The translations under genes were made by a program, and so were the position numbers. This document shows positions 30,483-39,242 of a stretch of 64,000 bases of DNA, one piece after another. Within the stretch, counting starts at the first letter, position 1. The number at the start of each line of letters is the position of its first letter. Under the pieces are notes generated by a model. That model was not told where the DNA came from, did no database searches, and saw only the letters and a program-made list of their open reading frames with translations. Origin of the DNA: Dehalococcoidia bacterium (GTDB taxonomy: Bacteria > Chloroflexota > Dehalococcoidia > GIF9 > UBA5629); contig JBEKIW010000001.1 of NCBI GenBank assembly GCA_050011565.1, forward strand, positions 160,001-224,000, read 5' to 3'.

Positions 30483-30605
30483 TGAATGACCTCCTCTCTT
30501 ATGAATAGTTGGTTAGAGTTGGGGTCATCCAGGACTTGCGTAAATCTAACGTAATCTAACTGGTTTATGATAACCTAAACTGAAACCACCACTTCTACTA
30601 TACAC
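30483..30605 (-). promoter_or_regulatory. structured 5' leader of zinc-ribbon/RRM/sigma cluster
   Basis: TATAGT -10 near 30598-30603; CUGGAUGACC/GGUCAUUCAG stem overlapping the RBS and start; three GUU(U)AG repeats. Confidence 0.5.
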
Positions 30606-30741
30606 CAAAGCTCGCACTATTACAAATGACAGCTTGCGGGTTTCCCTAGATGTCACGCGCCTACGGGTGACCGCTCTCATCTGCTTGTATCTGGGTGGTA
30701 GGGTCATCTGAGGGCAGATGACACCTAAAAAACTATATTTC

Positions 30742-30811
30742 GCCGCTCATTCTGAGCCTGTCGAAGAATGAATCTCTCTCCCTTTTGTAAAGGGAGATTG
30801 AGAGGGATTTT
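30742..30811 (-). repeat. composite ~67-bp intergenic repeat, copy 2
   Basis: Reverse complement of 9857-9923. Confidence 0.85.
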
Positions 30812-30812
30812 A

Positions 30813-31390
30813 CTACTGAGCTATTAACAACCCCTTATCCGATACCAGCCTGTCAATCTCTCGATGCAGGTCGTCGAGCGTGTCGTCGTTACTTATGGAA
30901 TAGTCAGCAAGACCTTCTGCTTCTTTTAGAGAGAACAGCTCTTCCTCCGCCTGGTCCTGGCTAGGAATTGCTCGTAGCTGTGCGGGTCTCTACCTTCGCC
31001 TCTTGCGGTCATCCGGCTGTAGCGGACGTGAGGGTCGGTGATATACACATTTATAAGTATGAAATCCTGGTCGAAAATGCCTTTTAATATAGAGACGTCG
31101 TTCAGCGAGCGTATACCGCTTATACCGGCGATTTTCCAGCCGGTCTGGCGTATCTTGTCAGCCAGCAGCTTCACAAAATAGCCTTTACCGAATTCACGGA
31201 AATATCTATCGGAGATTTTACCCAGGTTCTCCCTGGTCGGCTCCACTCCTTCGTTTGAAGCAAGTTCTCTGACCACATCTCCGGTAGACAGAAAGGGCAC
31301 GCCATGTTTAGCGCGGAGATATTTAAGGACTTCGTCTTTTCCCGAGCCGTTCTGGCCTATGGCGCCGATTATCCTTACGTTAGCTGGCAT
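30813..31390 (-). pseudogene. P-loop kinase (archaeal-type dephospho-CoA/nucleotide kinase-like), frameshifted near 30960
   Basis: GQNGSGKD Walker A; shifted frame continues QDQAEEELFSLKEAEGLADYSISNDDTLDDLHREIDRL to TAG 30813, a typical C-terminus. Confidence 0.75.
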
Positions 31391-31505
31391 GTCTCTATCC
31401 TATTCCTGGGTGTCACCCGCCTTCGGTTAATGATATTTGGTTTGGCTGGAGATAGATATTTTACTAGCTTCGCTTCTATCTGGCAATTTTATGAGTGACT
31501 GGCTA

Positions 31506-31534
31506 TTGACAAATATTCCAACTTATGGTACTTT
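31506..31534 (+). promoter_or_regulatory. sigma70 promoter for ice-binding-like gene 1
   Basis: TTGACA-17-TACTTT with TG extension. Confidence 0.6.
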
Positions 31535-31595
31535 ATTCCTAATAACCAATACTTGACCTTATAAGTAACAATACAGCAAAGTCTTAGGAGGAGTT

Positions 31596-32855
31596 ATGAA
31601 ACTACAGAAAAGGGTTTTGTTCTGGGTAGCCACATTGGTCGTTCTGGTGGCTATTTTTGCCACACCTGTTGTGGCGCTAGCCTCAACACCACGAGTAAAT
31701 TCAAATGCGGCTATTTATCCTATGGTGCCGTTTTCGCCATCATTGGGAGACGCGAGCAGCTTCACGGTTCTAGCCTATTCGCTAATCTCCGACGTCGGTG
31801 CTTCTTCTCATATAAATGGGAACGTTGGATTGAGTCCAACCACCGGTGCGGCTATCGGTCTGTTGTGCACACAAGTGACTGGGATAATATACGAAGTCGA
31901 TGCGGGCGGTCCTCTGTGTTTCGTAACTAACCCCGTCTTACTGACTAATGCTCAGCTTGCTAACAACGCTGCATTCGGTCAGCTTAGCGCGGGGGCTAAC
32001 GCAGCGTGCACTACCTACCCCGGTCCTAGTCAGGATCTGGTTGGATTAACCCTCGTGCCAGGCGTCTATTGTGCGAATGCCTTTACGTTGTCGGGAACAC
32101 TCATTCTGGACGACACAGGCGCCCCCAATGGGGTCTGGATTTTCCGGTCCGCGAGCACGCTCACTACATCGGTCGGTGCGAAGGTTCAATTTCTCACTGG
32201 AGTTGGTTCACCATGCAACGTGTGGTGGGGGACCGTCAGCTCTGCGACTATCGGTGGAGGCAATACGTTCATAGGAAATATTCTCTCTCAAGTAAGCATA
32301 GACCTGGGGATCGGCACAGCCTTGGACGGGCGAGCCTTGGCGTACACTGGTGCCGTAACCATGAAGGGCGGCAACAGCGTCACCTTATGCACAACTCCTG
32401 CTCCTGCTCCTCCTCCTCCTCCTCCGAGTACGGGTTTAAGTATATTCAAGTTCAATGACCTGAATGGAAACGGGGTCTATGAGCTGGCGCTTGGCGAATC
32501 GCCGCTGGCCGGCAGGCAGGTCACGATTACCGGACCTTTTAGCTACAACATATCTACTAGTACCAATTGGGCCGGTTTAATCGTCCTGACCAGCCTGGTG
32601 CCGGGCACCTATATCGTCACAGAAACGGTGCTGCCCGGCTGGACAATCCCCAACAACCCTCAGACAGTTACCGTGTTAGCCAACAATATGACGCCGGTGA
32701 AATTTGCCGACAAGCCGCAACTAGGGCCTACTGTCGGAGGCACCGTCATGCCGGTGGACAAGGGCGGGTTGCTGATACCATGGCTTGGAATGGCGGTTCT
32801 ATTGCTGCTGGCAACCGGTGCCGTGCTATTCATAAGACGGCGAAACAGCCGGTAG
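31596..32855 (+). CDS. secreted DUF3494 (ice-binding-like) protein with SdrD/Cna-B-like domain and C-terminal anchor
   Basis: Signal peptide; LGDASSFTVLA, GNVGLSP, DLVGLTLVPGVY, WIFRSASTLTT, NVWW, SSATIG, GRALA..GAVT; poly-Pro linker; KFNDLNGNGV...PGTYIVTE; VGG..PVDK...PW-TM-RRR. Confidence 0.88.
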   Translation: MKLQKRVLFWVATLVVLVAIFATPVVALASTPRVNSNAAIYPMVPFSPSLGDASSFTVLAYSLISDVGASSHINGNVGLSPTTGAAIGLLCTQVTGIIYEVDAGGPLCFVTNPVLLTNAQLANNAAFGQLSAGANAACTTYPGPSQDLVGLTLVPGVYCANAFTLSGTLILDDTGAPNGVWIFRSASTLTTSVGAKVQFLTGVGSPCNVWWGTVSSATIGGGNTFIGNILSQVSIDLGIGTALDGRALAYTGAVTMKGGNSVTLCTTPAPAPPPPPPSTGLSIFKFNDLNGNGVYELALGESPLAGRQVTITGPFSYNISTSTNWAGLIVLTSLVPGTYIVTETVLPGWTIPNNPQTVTVLANNMTPVKFADKPQLGPTVGGTVMPVDKGGLLIPWLGMAVLLLLATGAVLFIRRRNSR

Positions 32856-32913
32856 GACTACGTTGATTACACGTAACCTTTATAGCCCATAGGCAAGTCT
32901 CTAAATAGGGAGT

Positions 32914-33705
32914 TTGCTGGAAACAAAGTGGATCCGGTGGAGTTATTATATAGCCCTGGTGATGCTTATCTTGGCCTTGCCAGGGCTTATTCTATTTGGT
33001 GCTTGCTCGACACTTCCCTCAAAAGTCGAGGCTAAAGCGGCTATTGTTGACCAGCTTTATGACCTTCAACCAAATGAAGCCTTCATTGTGCAGATAACCC
33101 AATATCTTGAAGATTATGGCTTTAAGGTTGACCTTTATCAAGGTAAGGACGTCACCGTTGACTTCTATCGTAAGCTACCAACTCGTGAATATCAGCTCAT
33201 TATCTTTCGAGTTCATTCGGGCTTACTGGTGGGCATAGACCAAGTAACCAACAAAACTTGGCTGTTTACCTCTGAGCCATATAGCCAAACGAAATATGTT
33301 AGCGAGCAACTCACTGACCAGGTTACGCAAGCCGCAATAAACAATTACGCCCCGTTGGTTTTCGCTATAAACGCCAAATTCATTACCGAAAGTATGGAAG
33401 GAACCTTTAAGGATACTGCTATCATCATGATGGGCTGCAGTTGCTTTCACTTTAGCGATTTGGCCGAAGCCTTCGTTCAAAAAGGCGCATCAACTTATAT
33501 AGCGTGGGACCATAGCGTTCTACTCGGCTACGTTGATGAGGCCACGGTAGCTCTGGTAGAAAAGTTATGCTCAGAAGACCTCACTATTGGGGAAGCAGTA
33601 GCGAGAACGATGAAGGAAAAAGGTCAAGACCCAACATATGGGTCAGTGCTGAAGTATTACCCACCAGCAAGTGCCCAAAAAACCTTAAAGCAACTAATTA
33701 AATGA
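32914..33705 (+). CDS. lipoprotein with caspase/CHAT/gingipain-like (clan CD) cysteine protease motifs
   Basis: Lipobox LFGAC; LIIFRVH(101)SG, IIMMGC(175), LAEAFVQKGASTYIAW, TIGEA. Confidence 0.65.
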   Translation: MLETKWIRWSYYIALVMLILALPGLILFGACSTLPSKVEAKAAIVDQLYDLQPNEAFIVQITQYLEDYGFKVDLYQGKDVTVDFYRKLPTREYQLIIFRVHSGLLVGIDQVTNKTWLFTSEPYSQTKYVSEQLTDQVTQAAINNYAPLVFAINAKFITESMEGTFKDTAIIMMGCSCFHFSDLAEAFVQKGASTYIAWDHSVLLGYVDEATVALVEKLCSEDLTIGEAVARTMKEKGQDPTYGSVLKYYPPASAQKTLKQLIK

Positions 33706-33835
33706 ATATAGCGCTTTCCACACTGCTCTGCCTTTGTTTTGCTTGGTAGCCCAAGTTGTTTAGTATATAGAACCTTCAGGGCGGAGTTTTCCTTCGTCTG
33801 ATTCGTTCGAGTTCGTTAAAGTGTTTGATAGTTAC

Positions 33836-34112
33836 CTAACATACAAGCTGTGGTGACGGCATCTCGTCCCAAGTACGTCCTTCAAGTTGCCGCCCCATCT
33901 TCTTCTTGTTCACACCACTCCACTGTTTGAAGAAGAATGGCACTTGGTTTTCTTGACACCTATGACGAATGTCAACCACCCATGATTCTCGTATTGGCCT
34001 AGACCTAGCGCCAGACTATCCTCCAACTATTACCCAATCAATACCTTCCAAATTGAGGTTTGGAATATCCCCGAGAAGAGGTTCAATGGAAAGAAACTTA
34101 ACCTTTGCAGCC
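33836..34112 (-). pseudogene. C-terminal relic of DUF5131 (phage Gp37/Gp68) gene
   Basis: Minus strand: [83 protein letters not shown]; in-frame TAG replaces the Glu of GGESG. Confidence 0.88.
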
Positions 34113-34134
34113 GTTTTTCGGCTCGGAGCGGGTA

Positions 34135-34163
34135 TTGACAAGATGATTAACAGATATTATTAT
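34135..34163 (+). promoter_or_regulatory. sigma70 promoter for ice-binding-like gene 2
   Basis: TTGACA-17-TATTAT. Confidence 0.6.
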
Positions 34164-34231
34164 GTATATAATATGCACAATTCAGAATACACAACAGATA
34201 AGGTTAGTGTATTTTGAATAGGAGGTTTCAA

Positions 34232-35689
34232 TTGAAAAAGAGGAATATTCTCGGGCTCGTTGTATCTATCATCATGATACTTGCCATTTCACTGGTGTCA
34301 GCCTGTACGGAATCCAAAACCACGCCGATACCACTCATGGTGATTTCTGCAAATCCGGCTAATAGTGCCCAAGGTGTGCCCGTCAGCAACAAAATTACCG
34401 CAACCTTCAATAGGGCGATGACACCTTCAACGCTCACTACAGCAACATTTACTGTAAAGCAGGGGGAAACGCCTGTATCAGGTACTGTGACCTACGATGG
34501 TACAACGGCGACTTTTACACCGACAACCATTCTCGCATTCTGCACCATATATACTGCCACGATTACTATCGGTGCTAAGGACCTGGGAGGCAATGCACTG
34601 GCAAATGACTATGTATGGAACTTTTTTACAACATGTCCCACAGAATCTAAACCAGGTACTAGAGGTGGCCCTACTACTAGGGGTTATACAGGGTCCCCAC
34701 CAATCACCGTCAAACCTAATGGGATTCCCACAAACCTATTACCCACGGTGATTTCCACTATCCCGGTTGATACTGCCACGGGTGTGGCCGTCAACAGTCA
34801 AATCTTTGCCACCTTCAGTCAGGCGATGAACCGCTTAACGATTACTAACGCCACCTTTACCTTAATGCAGGGGGTTACGCCTGTTGCAGGAGCGGTGACC
34901 TTCGCTGGTCTCACGGCGATCTTTACGCCGGCAGCCAGTCTCGCACCCGGCACCACTTATACTGCCACGATTACCACCGGGGCCAGAGACCTGTCCGGTA
35001 ATGCCCTGGCATTTAACAAAGTGTGGACCTTTACCACTGCTGCCGCGGCAGGTCAAGCAGGTCCAGCGACAGTAGTCCTTGGACAGGCCGCCAATTACGC
35101 GGTTCTGGCTGGCTCCACGGTCACCAATGTCGTTTCCGTCGGTACGATAGTTACCGGGGATCTTGGGCTGAGTCCAGGTTCTGCGGTAACTGGATTCCCG
35201 CCTGGAGTATTGATTGGGACGCAACACGTGAACGATTCTAGCGCAAACCAGGCCAAACTTGACTTGACCACTGCGTATAACGACGCCGCTGGACGAACAC
35301 TAGCTCCTATCACTGTGTCTGGAAATATCGGCGGGCGAACCCTCACCCCTGGCCTCTATAAGTCCACATCCACGCTTGAGATATCATCAGGAGATCTCAC
35401 TCTCGACGCCCAGGGCAACGCGAATGCTGTCTTCATTTTCCAGATAGCGTCCACACTCACCACGACATCCGGACGCCAGGTTATCCTGAGCGGCGGCGCC
35501 CAGGCCAAGAACATCTTCTGGCAGGTCGGGACGTCAGCGACTCTGGGAACGGGCTCCGTCTTCGAGGGAACCATACTGGCTGATCAATCAATCACTTTAA
35601 CAACTGGTGCGACACTGCACGGCAGAGCGTTGGCACGTATTGCCGCGGTTACCTTAGACGCCAGTATCGTTACCAAGCCTGCCCCGTAA
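34232..35689 (+). CDS. lipoprotein with two Ig-like (Big_5/SbsA-type) domains and C-terminal DUF3494 ice-binding-like domain
   Basis: AGGAGG RBS + TTG 34232; lipobox VSAC; two P....GV.V...I.ATF..AM...T...A.DL.GNALA....W.F.T repeats; AVLAGSTVTN, GDLGLSPG, TLTPGLYK, FIFQIASTLTT, NIFWQVGTSATLG, GRALA. Confidence 0.9.
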   Translation: MKKRNILGLVVSIIMILAISLVSACTESKTTPIPLMVISANPANSAQGVPVSNKITATFNRAMTPSTLTTATFTVKQGETPVSGTVTYDGTTATFTPTTILAFCTIYTATITIGAKDLGGNALANDYVWNFFTTCPTESKPGTRGGPTTRGYTGSPPITVKPNGIPTNLLPTVISTIPVDTATGVAVNSQIFATFSQAMNRLTITNATFTLMQGVTPVAGAVTFAGLTAIFTPAASLAPGTTYTATITTGARDLSGNALAFNKVWTFTTAAAAGQAGPATVVLGQAANYAVLAGSTVTNVVSVGTIVTGDLGLSPGSAVTGFPPGVLIGTQHVNDSSANQAKLDLTTAYNDAAGRTLAPITVSGNIGGRTLTPGLYKSTSTLEISSGDLTLDAQGNANAVFIFQIASTLTTTSGRQVILSGGAQAKNIFWQVGTSATLGTGSVFEGTILADQSITLTTGATLHGRALARIAAVTLDASIVTKPAP

Positions 35690-35703
35690 GGCATTAAAAT
35701 AGT

Positions 35704-35735
35704 AGGCCTGGGGGGGTTCTAGAGCCCCCAGGCCT
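35704..35735 (+). terminator. GC hairpin terminator after ice-binding-like gene 2
   Basis: aggcctggggg-...-cccccaggcct. Confidence 0.65.
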
Positions 35736-35762
35736 CTTGCACTACTGTGTGCGCCATTCGGA

Positions 35763-36849
35763 ATGCGACGGTGGGTGGCAACCAACAATATTTCTTTAAC
35801 ATTCGATATTTATCCCGAGCGTAAGTTCGTGCGCGCCTGTCAAATGGCGCTCGAAGGTAAGGGCAGCACGGAGACTGCTAAAGCTCTTAATGCTGGGGGT
35901 TTCAGAACACGAGACGGGAAGCTCTTTGGCACTACTATTATTAACTACTGGCTAAGAAATCCTGTTTACACCGGAGTGATAGCCTGGAACAGAACAGATA
36001 GAACCCGTGACAAAGTGCTTCACCAGCCACCGAGCGAGATAGTCTGCACCTCTGACACCCATCAACCCATTGTATCCGTAAATGACTTCGAGCGCGTTCA
36101 AGCGCTGCTGACTGAGAGGCGCCCTGCTATTGCATCCAAGGGTGGTTTCCAGCCAATATCTGCTAAGCGGGCTTTCATACTGCGGTAAGTGCGGAGCGGC
36201 CATTGTAGGTTGTAAAGCAAAGTTAGGGAAGTATCTATACTATGAATGTGATACCCATTATAAGAAGGGTAGTGATGGCTGCATTGGTATTAGAGTTGGG
36301 AAGGATAGGCTGGAAGGATTTGTCCTCGATTGGATAAAGCAGAATATACTCACTGAAGAAAACCTTGTCGACCTGATTCGCTTGGTCAATGAGTAGCTGA
36401 TAGAAAGCACTAGCCGTCACAAGAGGCAGCTCAATCAGGTCGAGAAACATCTGCAGCGCGTAAACAGCAAATTAACAAGGCTTTATGTGGCTCTCGAGAG
36501 TGGAAAGCTGGATCTCGATGACCTGGCCCTCCGAATTAAAGAACTAAGGGCACACTAGTATGAGCTACAACAGCAGCGAGATGACCTCCTTGGTAAAATT
36601 CAATCTAAAACTCCGAAGACTCTGGATACCGAAACAATCGTGACCTATGCACAGGAACTGGGATTGGTATTAGGCGAGTCTTCCTTTCTACAGCGGAAGA
36701 CCTTCCTGAGGACCTTTATACAGAGAATAGAGGTCAATCCTGAGACTGTTACCGTGGATTACACCTTACCATTACCGGTAGATAAAGATATAACTTCCTC
36801 GAAGGAAGTTCTATATATTAACAGAATTGGTAGCGGGGGTTGGATTTGA
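35763..36849 (+). pseudogene. decayed large serine recombinase (recombinase, zinc-ribbon and coiled-coil parts only)
   Basis: A..LN..G..TR.G, LRNPVYTG, H.PIVS..DF..VQ, YLLSGL.YCGKCG, YYEC; frameshift near 36130-36190, TAG stops at 36394 and ~36557, catalytic N-domain missing; ends inside the tRNA-derived repeat. Confidence 0.88.
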
Positions 36850-36865
36850 ACCAACGACCTTCGGG
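36826..36865 (-). mobile_element. att-like direct repeat of the tRNA-Met 3' half
   Basis: attggtagcgggggttggatttgaaccaacgaccttcggg, identical to 39498-39537. Confidence 0.92.
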
Positions 36866-37033
36866 CTGCGTGCCCGAGGCCGTATTCGATGCCCCAGAAA
36901 GTTGGCGAATAGGGATTTTCGCCCGCCGGAATGTGGTCAAAAACATGCCTGAAACCCTGTTTGAACTCATAGAGGAACCCAGGGAACGAGTTTGGCCAAT
37001 GGAACGTTTGATATTCAGCTCATTTTGGGCGAC

Positions 37034-37064
37034 TTGACAAATGGTATCAAATATGATACCATTT
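37034..37064 (+). promoter_or_regulatory. hicAB promoter with overlapping palindromic operator
   Basis: TTGACA-17-TACCAT; aaatggtatca-aata-tgataccattt (37039-37064). Confidence 0.75.
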
Positions 37065-37153
37065 TTCTTACAAAAGTGTAGCAGAAAATACAAAAGAAAA
37101 AAGAAAAAAGAGAAAAGTAAAAAGGAGGTGAAAATGATAAGGAGGTTTCTCAA

Positions 37154-37378
37154 GTGGAAAAAAAGAATAAGCTTTTGGCAAAACTTCGACGCAACCCCAG
37201 AAATACGTCTTTAAAAGATTTTGAATCAATGATAAACAAATACGGCTATATTGAAGAGGGTGCTAAACATCCCAAAGCTATTATAGGCAAATGTATGATG
37301 CCATATAAAAGAGAAAGTACTATAAAATCCTGCTATGTTACTGAACTGCTTGATATAATAGACAGTCTGAGCATTTAA
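37154..37378 (+). CDS. HicA-like toxin
   Basis: Small basic protein KLL.KL..NP......DF......YG...GAKH...IK..YV..LL; upstream of HicB. Confidence 0.72.
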   Translation: MEKKNKLLAKLRRNPRNTSLKDFESMINKYGYIEEGAKHPKAIIGKCMMPYKRESTIKSCYVTELLDIIDSLSI

Positions 37379-37413
37379 AACGGTATATGAAAATATGTAT
37401 GAAAGAGTGATAT

Positions 37414-37884
37414 ATGAAAAATATAGAGAAAAGTGTGGAATATTACGAGAGGTTACCATACCACATTATTCTAGAGCAGTGGGATGACGGAGGAGGCGTA
37501 TACTGGGTTGCAAGAGTGGCTGAACTCCCGCACTGTTTGATACACGCTGATACCCCTATAGAGGCAGTTACTGAAATTCAGGAAGTGAAGAGGGACTGGA
37601 TAAAGTCCAATCTGGAAAGAGGGCTCAGAATTCCCGAACCTGTGTCACGTAATCATAGCGGGCGGATTAGCCTTAGAATTCCATCGTCCCTTCATCGGAT
37701 GTTGTTTAATCACGCAACTATTCAGGATATTAGTTTAAATCAATTTATGACCATGGCATTGGCTCAAAGTGTAGGTCTTGAATTTAAGGAATTGAAGGCG
37801 ACAACGAATCGTAGAACGATTTCAAGCTCTAGAAAGAAATTCCGGGATGACGTTTTGGTTCAAGCTGCCTCACGTAAGATTTAA
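37414..37884 (+). CDS. HicB family antitoxin
   Basis: WVARVAELPHC...ADT..EA...W.......G..IPEP, then RHH SGRISLRIPSSLH......ISLNQF. Confidence 0.88.
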   Translation: MKNIEKSVEYYERLPYHIILEQWDDGGGVYWVARVAELPHCLIHADTPIEAVTEIQEVKRDWIKSNLERGLRIPEPVSRNHSGRISLRIPSSLHRMLFNHATIQDISLNQFMTMALAQSVGLEFKELKATTNRRTISSSRKKFRDDVLVQAASRKI

Positions 37885-38036
37885 CCTAGGTTTGGCGGCC
37901 ATTTTCCCGAATAACCCAAATACGGTTTGCGCATTTTTGGGCACTGAGCCGGGCTAATTAGGGGGCCCTCCTGTTTTTAAATCCTGAATTCAGTCGGGCG
38001 TATGGCCACCGAGTTGTTAGCCTAATTTCCAGAGCT

Positions 38037-39242
38037 CTACTCCTTTACAAAGATCAGTAATCCGATAGCAGATAATCCCGCCAGTGCTGCGCCAAAGTAG
38101 AAGGGAGTGGCGGGGCTTACTGACTGCCAGAGCCAGCCCGCGATGAGGCTAGCAGGCAAGAGGGTAATACCGACTATCCCGTTATACATACCAAAGGCTG
38201 TGCCACGGCGCTCTTCAGGCACCAGGTCGCAGACCAGTGCCCGGTATACGCCCTGCGTCAGCCCGTAATAAAGCCCGTAGAAGGCATATAAAAGCCAAAT
38301 CATCCAGCCCTGGTTGACTGCGGCAAGGCCGAGGTAGACCAATGCATAGATTATCCAGCCTGTAATGATGACCTTCCTCCTGCCCAACTTGTCGGACAAT
38401 ATGCCGGCGGGCATGGAAAAGAGGGCATAGACGACATTGAACATGATAAGCATTATGCTTATGAGCAACACGCTATTACCTAGATTCTGCGCCCTGAGAA
38501 TGATAAATGCGTCGCTGGAATTGCCTAGCGTGAATAAAAACATAATGGCCATGAAGATTTTGAATCTTTTGTCAATAGCCTTTTCCTTTGCACTATCTGC
38601 CACCCGTGCAGTACAGGCATCGACAGCTTTCTTCGGCGGCTCTTTGATGAAGATGAAAAAGAAGAGAGCGATGAAGGCCGGTACGATGCCGATTATGATC
38701 ATCCAACGGTAAGTATCGAACTGTAGGTTAACCACGTCTCTCTGCAGTGAGAAAACCACTAGTGCAGCCAGGATGAGCCCTAACGCAGCCCCGGAGGTAT
38801 CCATAGCCTTGTGAAAACCGTAGGCCTTGCCTCGGTTATCTTCATCCACAGAATCACCGACCAGGGCGTCACGCGGGGCAGCACGTATACCCTTACCGAA
38901 GCGGTCGGCAAACCTGATGGCCAGGATAGGGCCCCAGGCATTGGCAATCAGCATGAAGGGTTTGGACAATGCGGACAGGGCATAGCCTATGAAGGAGAGG
39001 TATTTACGGTTGCGCAATTTGTCGCTTAGCCACCCGCTGAGGAGCTTGAGTAGGGAAGCAGTACTCTCGGCTATGCCCTCTATCAGGCCGATGACGACGG
39101 TGGCGACACCCAGCACATTCGTTAAGAAGAGAGGCAGGAGCGTGAAAATCAGCTCGCTGGATACGTCAGTGAGGAGGCTAATGAAGCCGATAAAGACTAT
39201 ATTTGGGCTGAGGTTAAGGCCTTTCTTTTTAATCAACTTCAC
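38037..39242 (-). CDS. MFS transporter
   Basis: DVSSELIF.LLPLFL, GWLSDK, DRFGKGIRAAPRDAL, LSDKLGRR. Confidence 0.92.
   Translation of the reverse strand: MKLIKKKGLNLSPNIVFIGFISLLTDVSSELIFTLLPLFLTNVLGVATVVIGLIEGIAESTASLLKLLSGWLSDKLRNRKYLSFIGYALSALSKPFMLIANAWGPILAIRFADRFGKGIRAAPRDALVGDSVDEDNRGKAYGFHKAMDTSGAALGLILAALVVFSLQRDVVNLQFDTYRWMIIIGIVPAFIALFFFIFIKEPPKKAVDACTARVADSAKEKAIDKRFKIFMAIMFLFTLGNSSDAFIILRAQNLGNSVLLISIMLIMFNVVYALFSMPAGILSDKLGRRKVIITGWIIYALVYLGLAAVNQGWMIWLLYAFYGLYYGLTQGVYRALVCDLVPEERRGTAFGMYNGIVGITLLPASLIAGWLWQSVSPATPFYFGAALAGLSAIGLLIFVKE

Noticed and set aside
32394-32426. cct/gct triplet repeat
   Set aside because: It encodes the Pro-rich linker of the surface protein.
33836-36560. 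Three in-frame TAG codons in the DUF5131 and recombinase relics, suggesting amber recoding or pyrrolysine
   Set aside because: Each is one substitution from GAG/CAG, the same genes are also truncated or frameshifted, and TAG terminates many normal genes in the window.
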